From positions 23,064,001 to 23,128,000 of the forward strand of contig NC_043003.1 of assembly GCF_006345805.1 (NCBI RefSeq): a stretch of DNA of 64,000 nucleotides. The letters are read 5' to 3'. Positions 1 to 11,385 of this stretch are shown piece after piece. Both the position numbers and the translations under genes were made by a program. The number at the start of each line of letters is the position of its first letter. Within the stretch, counting starts at the first letter, position 1. The stretch comes from Octopus sinensis. Lineage: Eukaryota. A model generated the notes under the pieces. It saw nothing but the letters and a program-made list of their open reading frames with translations, was not told the DNA's origin and searched no databases.

Positions 1-463
1 ATATGAGTGTGAGTGAGTTTGCGAGCTAATGCTAAGCTTAGTTGTGGAGAAAGATCAATAATTTACAATGGTGTGATATAAGGCAAAATAGAGTGAATTA
101 AGTTGATCGTTTCAACCAAAATAAATTCTATCAGCTGCTTCATCGGGTCTGGGTAAATGTTCGACAGAAGTCGGGGTAGAGGAGATGTTTTCAAGCTATT
201 TTAATAGTCTTGTAATCTGGGTAAGTAGGTGAAAGTGTATTAAATGCGTCGAACATAAAATGCTAATGTATAGTCAAATATGTGGTCAGAAAAAAAAGAC
301 AAAATTTAGCTGTTGAGTAACAGAATTTTATTTCTCATTTGTTGGAAAATATATAAGAAACAACTCCAGCTATATTGCGAACATATTGAATGAAAGTCTA
401 TCCTTTCCGTTCCTTGCCGATGTGCTAGAAACAGAATATTTCATTAAATAAATATTAATGTGA

Positions 464-1230
464 AATAGTTTTCGTTGGAAAGATGAATTCTATAGAGATT
501 AGTTAATCTGATACGGTGCTACAACGATGAATGATAGTTAAATGGATGAAAGCATTCTGTTGAGGATGGAATGCTTAAAGAGCTAGATCTGGTGCCGATT
601 TACCAATAAAATATTACGTTATTCGCGTTACATCGGGGTAAATGATTTAATCTTTTTATCTCATGATAATTAATATTAATTTTCCAACCAGATTCGCAGT
701 AAACCATTAATATAAAAATATAAATTTTATTCAGATGCAAAATATGAAAACATATTTAAAACTTTTTAATCACATTTCAAATGTTTGGGAAACTGGTAAT
801 ATAAAACTGTAATGAAGATCAATTTTGTGAAATCTAATATATATTAACGTTTAAATTCTTAACGAGTTTAAACGATATGGTCCAAGTTTGAACCCTTACG
901 GACCATGATGATTTATTGTAAAGACATGAACATTTTATTACAATTGCACGCTTTGCTACCCGTTCTAAGATGTCTGATATAATAGAGTGGAATTCATAAT
1001 TTCTTATAATAATTCGAAACCGTCTCGTCATTATTGACTTAAAACACATGAGTTCACTTAGCCCTGTTGGAAAATACCCCCTTAGATGTTTCGAGCTACA
1101 CGGGAGATTTATTTCAATAATGATTGGTTCTACATTGTTACTTAACCCGCTGAATGTAACAACCAAATCTCGTGCAAAATTATGCAGGCCCCTCTCTATC
1201 TTAAAGAAAGGGAACGACAAAACTGATAAT
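464..1230 (+). mobile_element. Highly decayed Penelope-like retroelement (RT core, linker, possible GIY-YIG remnant)
   Basis: The frame from 464 reads NSFRWKDEFYR (PLE NxFxFxxxxYxQ motif). It is followed 54 codons later by RYI-g[gggtaa]at-gat-LIF, i.e. RYIDD with a 6-nt insertion, at the expected spacing. Downstream PVGKYPLRCFELH resembles the PCxxxRCxxC linker. Many stops. Confidence 0.45.
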
Positions 1231-2705
1231 ATAATCTTAGAGTGAAAGGAACTTGGAATTCATTACATCTGGAAAGGTATTTCAGCAAAAAATTTCTGAG
1301 ACAGAGCTAACCTGAGAGCTTTACTGAGCGTTGAAGGCATAAGCGGCGTTATAAGAAGTCTTGTCGGCAAGACCTCTATAAGTAAGTCCCAAATAGGTAT
1401 ATGAGTAAGGAGGGGATAATTTACAATTTTAGGCAAACAAGTGATATATACTAGGTTAAAAATATTGGCAAAGATCCAAGCGGCGGGATTGGCGTTTTAT
1501 CTTGGAAAGATCTAAATATTTCATCTGCCAAATAAAAATCCTCAACATGTTTTTAATCTTTAAGCCCAAATGGGCCCTGTTCTTGTAAAGTTTCCTGGTA
1601 GTTATGTGAATATTCAATTCCTTCTGTTGGTGGCTATTTGTATCTTTGAGCAAAGCATTTCAATTGACTTCGCTCCAGTCTACGTAGATGTAAATGAGCA
1701 CCGACTACGTGATGGTGCAGTCCTCACTCCGCAGCTGTCATACTTTTTCTTATCCTGCTGGAGACGAAGACTGTGTCAATATCTGCTCACGATTATATAG
1801 TCACCTAGAATTAGTGAAACATAGTTATACGTTACAAAACCACACTCTCTCGCAACAGTAATTTAAAGCAAAACTAAAGCGGTTTACAGCCGTGACCATC
1901 CCATTATTTATTTTATTCCAAACACGTGTCTTGTACAACGTTATAAAATATGTCTTCATCTAGTTTTAAGAGGTTTGAGCGTGATTTGGTTGGATTTTCC
2001 AGTCATTAAAATTACTGCGTAGAAGCACTTTCGCTGGCATAAGAGGAGACAATTTAAAACAACTGAATACAAAGGAAGTAAAGCAAAAAGAGTGGGAGGA
2101 AGAAATACAATGAATGAAAAGAAAATAAACAAAAGAAAGGAGGAGGACAAGGAGTAATAAAAAATAATGTAGGATTGAAAGCGATAGAAAGATATGAGCA
2201 AAATAATTAGCATGCACACGATTCGTACAGAAGGATATATATATATATATATATATATAATTATATAATATTTATATATATATATATAATTATTATTATT
2301 ATTATTATTATTATTTTATTATTATTATTGTTGTTATTATTATTATATATAATAGAATAGTTATGGCTAAGCATTGCGTAGAATATATTGTATAAACGAT
2401 CGTGGGTAAGACCAGAACAATGCGAAGTAAATAAAAAGCAAATCACAAGAAAACAAATAATGAATTTGTTATATCGCACGTTCGGATGGCGTGCCTTCGC
2501 CAATGACGTACATCTACTCCCCTACCGAAATCTCACTTCCGACGACTCGACTTATCAGGACTCGACGTCTAGTCTACCAACGACTCCAGCTCGCTCTACG
2601 CGACGCTTCTACGACTAGTTATCACGTCCATTATTTATACGTATTGGACTAGCCTAATTATCGCCTAGGGGCGTCCACACAGCAGAATTAATATAGACTT
2701 ACCTT

Positions 2706-2836
2706 GCATTCGATATTTCGGGTTTATGACTCCATCCTTAGGAAATTAACGAATGTTGCAGATGTTCACACACACACACATTTGCAACATTCGTTAATTT
2801 CCTGATGATGGGTCATAATCCCGAAATATTGAATAC
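2706..2836. repeat. Fold-back palindrome, about 60-bp arms around a (CA)n loop
   Basis: gatatttcgggtttatgac...ggaaattaacgaatgttgcagatgt pairs with acatttgcaacattcgttaatttcc...gtcataatcccgaaatatt. Confidence 0.9.
2799..2833 (+). ncRNA. Minimal hammerhead ribozyme motif (PLE type)
   Basis: UUC-CUGAUGA-U-GGG(UCAUAAU)CCC-GAAA-UA-UU-GAA. Intact core, one extra nucleotide after A9, 3-bp stems I and II. The inverted copy has an AUC triplet. Confidence 0.55.
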
Positions 2837-2920
2837 ATTAATTCAAATATTTGTATTCTGATGATTTGTCTTGTATTTGCTTTGCATTGTTCTGGCCTTA
2901 TCCACGATCGTTTATACAAT

Positions 2921-2998
2921 CTATCTATCTATGTATCTATCTACATACATACATACATACATACATACATACATACATACATACATACATACATAGAT
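2921..2998. repeat. (CTAT)n/(ATAC)n microsatellite
   Basis: Direct tandem tetranucleotide run. Confidence 0.95.
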
Positions 2999-3231
2999 AC
3001 ATGTATGTGGATGTCTATGTCTGCATATGTATGGATGTGAACGTGTATGTGTGAATACCAGTATATAAGATAGGTTCGTAATTAAAATAATTGGATAGAA
3101 GAAGTAGACGTCTTCGTTATTTCTGTCTATGTATTTATCTATTGATATATACAGATATGTTTTGTGTGTATATATATACATCGCTACCACGCTCTCTCTC
3201 TTTCTTTCGCTATCTATCTATCTACCTACAG

Positions 3232-3449
3232 AAATCAAAATAAGCAACAAGGATATCCAGAGGTAATGCAGTACGATCGTTTCATGCAACTCCATTTAGT
3301 TGAACGATGCAATAATTACATCAATTTAAAATGCAGAAAACGCAGAGCATGCTCAGCATTTTAAATTGATGTAATGTTCAATTATATGGAGTTGCATGAA
3401 ACGATCGTACTGCATTACCTCTGGATATCCTTGCTGTTTATTTTGATTT
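3232..3449. repeat. Fold-back element, about 95-bp arms, carrying an HHR-like 3' half (GAAA-CGAUCG-UA)
   Basis: aaatcaaaataagcaacaaggatatccagaggtaatgcagtacgatcgtttcatgcaactccat pairs with atggagttgcatgaaacgatcgtactgcattacctctggatatccttgctgtttattttgattt. Homologous pieces occur at 17445-17468 and 20478-20540. Confidence 0.9.
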
Positions 3450-4707
3450 TAATCAACTTACTTTGAAATTGTATGGATAATACCGTACTAAGTTCTTGTG
3501 CCTCAACTTAAATACCATATTCCTCTGAATCTAAATTTTTGCTGAACTTATCTACCTACTGATATAGAGAACTGTCGTTGCTGTGTTTTCATGTATTCAC
3601 TTAACTCGTTCAGAAGGGAGCTACTTTCTAACATTCAAATCGTCTTGCCCATTATCTTGAGAGCAATTTTTACTACAGCTGCTACATTCAACTGCAAACA
3701 GCGTAAATATATACCAGAACAATTTTCACCAACCTACAAGAGATTTAATATATGTGCTTGACACCTCATTAATTTTCTGCTAAATTACATTCAGGATGAT
3801 TCAGCGCTACAACTCATAAGGGTTAGGATGCCAAAGACGTTGGTACTAACTAAAAGAAATTAACGAGTTTCTTCCAATTATTCTAGATTTACGAGAGAAA
3901 ATGAAAACTATCTAGCGTGCTGAATTCGGCACTAGTCTCTTGTAAATATACTTGCTTCGAACGGATTACCCAGACAAGATTTCAGCTTCAGTATGTTCGT
4001 TTTTATTGCTGGTAGAGAATTTCAAGACTAATGAGCATTTGGTAACGACGAAAAGAGTTGAAATATTTATGAGAATATTTTAAAATTTGAAACGTCTATA
4101 AAATCAAAGGTGACAATCTTCATTCTCATCAATTTGAAATTGATTCTACTTTTCCTTCTGAAGTTATCTATAGTGATCGAATGATTATAAAGTAATATGA
4201 TACTATAAAAATCCAAAATTGTCAATTAAATGCATTAGCTGCGGACATAATATAAATTTAAATATAACTTTGGTCGATGCATTATGTCCAGTAATCTAAC
4301 GTAATAAAAATTAGTCAAGAGCAAAGTATATATATTGATCGGTATTATTCAGTTTTTATAGGTTTATACGAATGAAATTATATATAAAGTGATTTAATTT
4401 TCGCTTTCTCGTGACTCTAACACGTGTTACTGGAAGCATATCTAAGATGTAGCTTCTGTTATTAAAGCTTAGTATTAAGATATTGCATTGGAATATTTCT
4501 TCAGTGTCCATAAACGGTCCATAACCAATATGGAAATAATCGTTATATCCTGATTGCTTATATGTATTGGCGTGCGTATGTATTTACATGTATATAACTA
4601 TGTGTGCCTAATTACGAGTATTGAAAGCTGTGTGTAAGTATGTACGCATATATGTTTGCGCATATATATATATACATATATTTATATATATATATATATA
4701 TATATAG

Positions 4708-4820
4708 GCGTGTCAGTGTCGCATGGTTCCGGGTTCGGTCTCAGTCTTCTACTATAGCTTCGGGTCGACCATAGCCTTGCGAGTGGATTTGGAAGCCAGA
4801 AACTGAAAGAAACCCGTCCT
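4708..4820 (+). mobile_element. tRNA-derived SINE family A, deleted fragment
   Basis: catggttccgggttc...tcttctactatagc..cgg..cgacc..agccttg.gagtggatttgg...gaaactgaaagaa matches the full copies. Confidence 0.75.
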
Positions 4821-4847
4821 TAGTACATAATACATAGATACATAGAT

Positions 4848-4906
<59 letters not shown>

Positions 4907-4907
<1 letters not shown>

Positions 4908-6030
4908 GGCTGGCTGGCCACTTTCCAAAAATCAGTGGAGCTCTATATCGTGATGGTTGTCTACTCTACCTTCAAAATGCTTCTAACCAAAAAATAATAC
5001 AAACGGTTAAGAATAGCTTAGTTAAATTTTCTCGAAACTTGAGCCTAAGCATTGTTTTTGATGATGATGTAAAGGAAGCCAACTTGCATAATGTTTCGTA
5101 CTTCCTATACCATAAACCCCCAAATAATTTAAAATATATTACCTGTAATAATTCTAAGGCTATTACAAAGAATTTAGTTAGGAACATATCACTTAGACTT
5201 TCTCGATTATCTGCTAATATTGACACCTTCAACAATAAAGCTGAATTTTATAACTCTGCCTTACTTAAAGCAGGCTATAAAGAAGAAATTACCTATCTTA
5301 ATCCTATTGGCAGTAATTCTACTTCTATTAATCAGGAGATGAAATCAAGTTGTAACGATATTAACAATTTAAATTTTATTATGAATAACAAGCCCAAATC
5401 AAGTAATGTATTTCTGCAGCGTAAAAGAGATAACGGTTATTTAAGAAGCTTTTTTCATTATAAAGATACATCGATGACTTTTAAAGATAATTACCCTAAT
5501 AACAAGGTATGTCGTAGCAAAACTGTTTGGTTAATAAATCCATTTGGTTTGCAGATCAAATCTAACCTCTTTTTCCGGTTTTGTGAAGCTATAGAAAAGA
5601 ATTTCCCGGGAAATTCAAGATACTATTCGATTATTAACTCACACCGAATTAGAATAGATTTTTCTAACACAAAAATATTTCACAAACCATCTTTTCGCAT
5701 AATAATAAGTTGTTAAATACAAATCCACTTACTGAAAATACTAACATTAATTTTGTTAATACTAACAATTCTTTAAATAATAGTAACAACGGGGTTATCG
5801 TTTCTGAAGTCAATTCTAATCGCATTTATTTTCTTGGTAGTAATTCTAAGACTAAAATTTCTATTTACCAATATAACATTACTTCCGGTTCTGACGACTT
5901 TTTTTATATAGGTAGTTCTTCATCTCAGTTGTCCATTACTCTACATTTAGGCATATCAATAAACGTAACAATACAGGGCTTAATAAATTAATCTGGAATC
6001 TAAAAGATCATAATCAAGAATTTGTTTGGG
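4907..6030 (+). mobile_element. Penelope-like retroelement remnant: RT C-terminal half plus GIY-YIG endonuclease
   Basis: The open frame from about 4907 gives GALYRDG (YRDD-like), YHKPPNNLKYI, KNL..ISLRLSRLSAN..FN.....Y..AL.KAGY and TVWLINPF..IEKNFP. Shifted frames then give IYQ..YIG and TFRHINKRNNTGLNKLIWNLKD. All are typical of PLE RT/GIY-YIG. Frameshifted. Confidence 0.85.
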
Positions 6031-6034
6031 AACA

Positions 6035-6345
6035 GGTTTGAGGATAAGGTCGCTTGGCCTCCTTCATCAATTGATTTGAACACTTTTGAATTCAGCACCT
6101 GGAATGAACTGGTCAGAAAAGCTTGTGAGAATTCTCACAGTAAACTGCAAGCCCTCAAAAACTCCATCACTAGGACGGGAAGAAAGACATTGATGAGGAA
6201 TTCATCAAGAGAGTTTGTAGTGCAGTCAGAAAGAGGGTTGAGGAAGTCCCTGCCAAAAGAGGAACAACTCTTGATGCTTAAAAGGTAGGATTTCAACCAT
6301 AATTGGCTCTGGCACTTTGAAATAAAACTTTATGCTTCCATTCGA
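6035..6345 (+). mobile_element. IS630-Tc1-mariner transposase C-terminal remnant
   Basis: WPPSSIDLNTFEFSTWNELVRKACENSH..LQALKNSI matches WPPxSPDLNPLDYxxWxxLxxxAC. A shifted frame gives IDEEFIKRVCSAVRKRVE. Confidence 0.75.
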
Positions 6346-7295
6346 ACTTTCAATCCTTTATGAGTTCTCAATCCTGAGCTATGGCTAATTATTTATGAAA
6401 ATACCATTTTCATTCATGGTCACTCTCATCACGATTCTTCTGGTAAGTTTGGAGAGTAACCAACATTTGTTCTTGCTCAAAGTAGAGTTCAATAGCATTG
6501 GAAAAAGCCTCTGATAATTCCATTAAGTTGTCTTTAAGCATTGCTGAGATACAAAGGTTCGAAGCCGAATCTAAAATTTGGACAATATTGCTGATATACC
6601 CTGTATACATGTATATATGTTTGTATATTTGTGTGTGCGTGTGCGTGCGTGTGAGTGTGCGTGTATGTGTGTGTGTGTGCGTGTGCGTGTGTATGTGTGT
6701 GCATGTGTACATGCATGTGCGTGTCGTATTGGAAAACGTGACTAGAATGAAATTTTCCGTGACTTTCTTTGATAGCTGGATTTTAATTTTTATTATTCCA
6801 AAATAACGCATATTACATGTAATATGAATTAATATCTTATATAGGAATATGGATGAATAGTATGGCAACAGATAAAATGGGAAGTTGCGAAACACATTCC
6901 TTTAGTTTAGCAGTAAGCAGGGATAATATAATAGTATTACTACTTACACAATAATCGTTCGTTTCTCAGGAATAAACTAGACCCTATTCATGATACCGAC
7001 GATACTGCTTATTCTTTTGAGTATCAATAAGTGAATATCGCACAGTATCTTTTGTCTTCACAATAAGATTTCCCAAGGTGTATTTTCTTGTATTAGTAGC
7101 ATATTTTCCCGGTTGTGCATTATTCAGATACAGCAGTGAATGAAGTAGGCTCTTCATGATAGCATATTTTACATTGGTATACTATCTTCATTCCATCTCT
7201 GTCTTTCAATTTCCTTTCTTCTGCTCTGTATATATATACTGTGTGAGCATTAGTATGTCTGTAGATGCATGCAGACCCTAGCACACAAACACACA

Positions 7296-7385
7296 TAAAT
7301 ACATACATACATACATACATACATACATACATACATACATACATACATACATACATACATACATGCATACATACGTACATACATA
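7296..7385. repeat. (ATAC)n microsatellite
   Basis: Direct tandem run. Confidence 0.95.
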
Positions 7386-7633
7386 TATGTATAGGAATTC
7401 ATTGAGGAAATGCGATGTGAAGTCGATGTTGAGAATGTTGCCTGAAACGAATGTAGTTTATTACGTTTTACATATAAAGCTATGCAGTGAATGCAATATA
7501 TACGGCTCATGTAATAACATTACTGTGTATTCACTTCTTCAGACATCCCTCTTTGAATACTATGCTAGCAAGGTTCACACATGATGTGCAACTAGGGTGA
7601 TCACCCGGAATATACTTATCATCGCAAATGGGA

Positions 7634-7634
7634 C

Positions 7635-7692
<58 letters not shown>

Positions 7693-7860
7693 GTCTGTCT
7701 GTCTGTCTGTCTCTGTCTCTCTCTCTCTCTATATATATATTTATATATATATATACACATTCATACATATATATATAATATATATATATTTATATATATA
7801 TATACACACACATATATATATATATATACACAGTCATACATATATATATATATACATATA
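7634..7860. repeat. Compound (CTAT)/(CTGT)/(CT)/(TA) microsatellite
   Basis: Direct tandem runs; these explain ORFs 7597-7944 and 7628-7927. Confidence 0.95.
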
Positions 7861-7911
7861 TCAGTTTCTCTTGACTGTGTATACACACAAACGCATACGC
7901 ACACAGACATA

Positions 7912-8128
7912 TACGAGGGTATGCTAAAGCATTCCACGTTCTAAGGTTGTCGTGAAAGGCTTGGTTGGAGTCCCAAACCTCCAAGATTTTGATAGGACTT
8001 GGAAAACCTGAAGGACCGATGCAGTACGTGTGTGAATGTGAGAGGGAAATGTGTGGAATAAAATCATAATTAACTGAGCTTCCTGTAATTTCTTTTATCT
8101 CAAATCAGGAAATTTTCAACGCCCCCTC

Positions 8129-8131
<3 letters not shown>
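7912..8131 (+). mobile_element. mariner-derived MITE
   Basis: Termini tacgaggg...ccctcgta embedded in TA. The interior resembles a transposase end (..gaataaaatcataattaac). Homologous to 26600-26818. Confidence 0.75.
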
Positions 8132-8166
<35 letters not shown>

Positions 8167-8282
8167 GTAGTAACAGAAAGAAAGCAATTTCGATTATCTC
8201 CACGGGTGAGGTGTAATATATATATGAAATTAAAAAAGGAAAATACACACACTTTACATAGTTTTAATATAATTTTTTAATG

Positions 8283-8315
8283 TATCGACCAGTTTCGCTT
8301 TCGCTATTCATGATA
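8283..8315 (-). ncRNA. Minimal hammerhead ribozyme variant with an A3-U8 core pair
   Basis: The minus strand reads UAUC-AUGAAUA-GC(GAAA)GC-GAAA-CUGG-UC-GAUA: 4-bp stem I, GAAA-capped stem II, self-complementary stem III (ACUGGU), GUC triplet. Confidence 0.65.
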
Positions 8316-8396
8316 TTATGGTTTACTTATTTGAATATGAATTTTCTTTAGAAGAAAACTCGGGACCTTCAGGATTTTTAATTTCTGATATATATA

Positions 8397-8461
<65 letters not shown>

Positions 8462-8545
8462 AATTAAAAATCCTGAAGGTCCCGAGTTTTCTTCTAAAGA
8501 AATTCATATTCAAATAAGTAAACCATAATATCATGAATAGCGAAA
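8299..8545. repeat. Near-perfect fold-back, about 90-bp arms around a (TA)n loop
   Basis: tttcgctattcatgatattatgg...cgggaccttcaggatttttaatttctga and its inverse tcagaaattaaaaatcctgaaggtcccg...ccataatatcatgaatagcgaaa differ by one T. Confidence 0.95.
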
Positions 8546-8565
8546 TACATATATATATGGTTATG

Positions 8566-8636
<71 letters not shown>

Positions 8637-8689
8637 CCCCTCTTTCTTTTCTCTCTCTTCTCTCTCTCTCTCTCTCTCTCTCGTTGCTC

Positions 8690-9140
8690 ACACGTGACTA
8701 TCGTCCATCTTTCTTTACCTTACGTGACCATCTTTCTTTTTCTGCACGGATGTTTTAGCGAATGGACGTATTTTTCTCTCTCTCTTCTATCTTGTCTCTT
8801 AAAAAAAAATGTTTCTCCTAGCGTTCACTCTTCTCCTCTCTTTGATTTCGTTCAGTTTCCTTGTATGTCCCCACAGTATTTTTTTGTTCCCAAATTGATC
8901 CTCCATAAATCCTAAATTTTATTTTAGAATTTATAGGAGCAACTGTCTTTGATGACTCATATTATCGTTGAATGCTCAAAATGAGGAGTAAATAGACAGC
9001 CGACAACTGATGAAGGGTCTTTTTTCTGTGCTCACTGTCCTGGTTTCTATTTTTTCTCATTGTTTACGTATTTGACTCGTTATTCCCTCTTTTGTTTACG
9101 TATTCATGTTATTTGCACCGTTGGTGACATCTTGTATCCA
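8690..9140 (+). repeat. Unclassified interspersed repeat (homologous to 38340-38790)
   Basis: Shared blocks acgtgaccatc, ttttgtt.ccaa...tga.cctcc, aaattttattt, aggagcaactgt, tgctcaaaat and acagc.gacaa.tga. Confidence 0.6.
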
Positions 9141-9864
9141 TATATGCATTTGTATGTATATATATATATATATATATTATTTATTATTATAAACACACAC
9201 AGTCGTGTGATAATAGCAATAGTAACTGCCAAAGAAGGAACACTTCTTTGAATCTGGAGACAGACTATGAATGGGCATCAATAAATGACTATATTTCGTT
9301 GCTGGTATTTTTACACGATATCCTTTTTCCCAGTGCTATCGAATGTCTGTGTAACGATATTACATTTATCAGACAAGTGGTGGTTTTGTTAATATAGAAA
9401 TGAATTATTGCATATGTGAATGGGATTTGACGAAGACCCAACACAATGCAGCCACTGTATACTGTATAAAATTTTAATAAAAACAAACGCGCCTTATCAA
9501 TGATCTCACAGCGAAACATATTTATCTTACAGAATTCCGTTTATTGATGGCTTCACTTGCAGCTATGAAGCTATGTAGAATGCAAGAGGACGTATAGTCC
9601 ATTCTATGAATAAAACTCACGCGCGCACACACACACACATACACTTACACGTATGATTATCCCTCGCCATATCGCTGTTAACCTATCGCAGTTTATTATT
9701 TAAGCTTACGTCGATTCCTCTGTGATGCTTTGCATTCAAAATAAAATAAATATATACAAATTATAAAAATAATAATAGAAAAATATACATTACTGCTTCT
9801 ACTTCGCAGATTTTCACCTATCGCGGCTTGTTTTGAAACGTAACACCCGCGATAGTCGGGGGAT

Positions 9865-9953
<89 letters not shown>

Positions 9954-10106
9954 AGGCATAGCGAGACTAATAACCCGGCGTAGAACTCAATAGACTTATG
10001 CTTCAGAATGGTGTGTTTGCTGAGTATAGAGCAGTTATAAGAAAGAAAAATGACAAAGGTATAACTGGCTATCTTATGAACTTAATTAGCTTTCTAACAT
10101 ATATAT

Positions 10107-10150
<44 letters not shown>

Positions 10151-10219
10151 GGCATATTCATACATATACTTATGTTGTTAAGTAAAACTATCAATGTATT
10201 GAAACATGCCTAATATACT

Positions 10220-10415
10220 AATTTCAAATTTTGGCACAAGTCCAGCAACTTCGGGAGAAAGGTGTAAGTCTATTACATCGACGCCTGAGAGTTCGACTTT
10301 GTACTTATTTCATCGAGCTCGAAAGGACGAAAGGCAGAGACGACTTCGGTGGAATTTGAGCTCAGAACATTAAGTATGTTGCCCGGCGTGCTAACGATTC
10401 TTCCAGCACGCCGCC
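10220..10415 (-). mobile_element. tRNA-derived SINE family B (diverged monomer)
   Basis: The reverse complement begins ggcggcgtgctggaagaatcgttagcacgccgggc and contains tctgagctcaaattccaccgaagtcg. Confidence 0.8.
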
Positions 10416-10859
10416 GAATATTATAATTGTGAAAAAAATCAGTTGCTAATACTACCTACGAAACGTTAAGTCTCTGAATCTCTATCTCTCTTTTTTCCTT
10501 GCTATTTATCTTTCCTTTTCTCTGTATCTTTGTCTTTCCCTTTGTGTATCATTTTCTCTTCCAGCTTCCTATTAGCCATCAATATTTATATCAAAGGGCC
10601 ACATCTGTTGATGATAAAATTCTTTACACACATTCTAATATTACAATATTTACATATTAACTGTATTCCATGGCTCGTTTCTTTTATTAGGCTTCATACC
10701 ACCCGTCTGGCACAGTGTGAACATGAGAACGTTGGTAAATTATTGTTAAATTTGTTGTTGTTGCTGTTAACGATTTTCTTGTTTGTTTCTTGTTGGTGTA
10801 ATTATTGTCCTCAACGTCAATGTCGTTGCTTTTGCTACTGCAACGAGTATTGATGCTAT

Positions 10860-11160
10860 AGAAGCAATGTCTATAGCTTAAATATTTTATTAATGCCACA
10901 AAAGCATTGACTATACGTTAACTAGTTTATTAATACAAACGCAATGAGTATATCTTAACTACTTTATTAATACAAAGAGAGTGACTGTATAATTCAACTA
11001 ATTTATTAATGATACAAGAGCAGCGATTATAACATGACTACTTTATTACTATAATCGCAGTTGCTGTAACTAAATTAGTTTATTAACACAAAGGTAGTAG
11101 CTACAACTTTATTAATATATACCCAGTCAATATAACTAGTCTGTTAATACAAAAGTAGTG
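10860..11160. repeat. Degenerate minisatellite, about 35-bp unit, about 8 copies
   Basis: Recurring gca.tgactata..ttaacta.tttattaatacaaa. Confidence 0.7.
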
Positions 11161-11385
11161 AAGATATTCTGTTGTCTCTGGGGGAAGTCATTTTCTTTTT
11201 GTGCCTTATAATTTAACACACTCACCGGTAAAATTTCCACTTATTTCTTATTTTTATTTTCCTAAAATTTTCGTTGCATCTTGCAAATGAAAATAAGAAA
11301 TAAGTGGAAATTTTACCGGTGAGTGTGATAAATTATAAGGCACAAAAAGAAAATGACTCTCCCCACATACAACAGAATATGCTTC
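11160..11385. repeat. Fold-back of a PLE-LTR-like repeat, about 95-bp arms (single-arm copy at 41010-41205)
   Basis: gaagatattctgttg...cactcaccggtaaaatttccacttatttcttatttt pairs with aaaataagaaataagtggaaattttaccggtgagtg...caacagaatatgcttc. Confidence 0.9.

Larger units (their letters stand above)
2387..2920. repeat. About 60-bp inverted repeat pair (2387-2450 / 2862-2920) enclosing a CpG-rich segment and a hairpin
   Basis: attgtataaacgatcgtgggtaagaccagaacaatgcgaag matches the reverse complement of ctttgcattgttctggccttatccacgatcgtttatacaat with few mismatches. Confidence 0.8.

Noticed and set aside
834-1220. 128-aa minus-strand ORF as a gene
   Set aside because: No recognisable domain. It is antisense to the putative PLE remnant on the plus strand.
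3450-4450. Possible further decayed PLE coding region (DYP, CISC and YI-like hints)
   Set aside because: The motif matches are too weak and scattered over frames to support by eye; a profile HMM search is needed.
9000-9040. CUGAUGA followed by AGGG as a hammerhead
   Set aside because: There is no closing stem II and no GAAA downstream.
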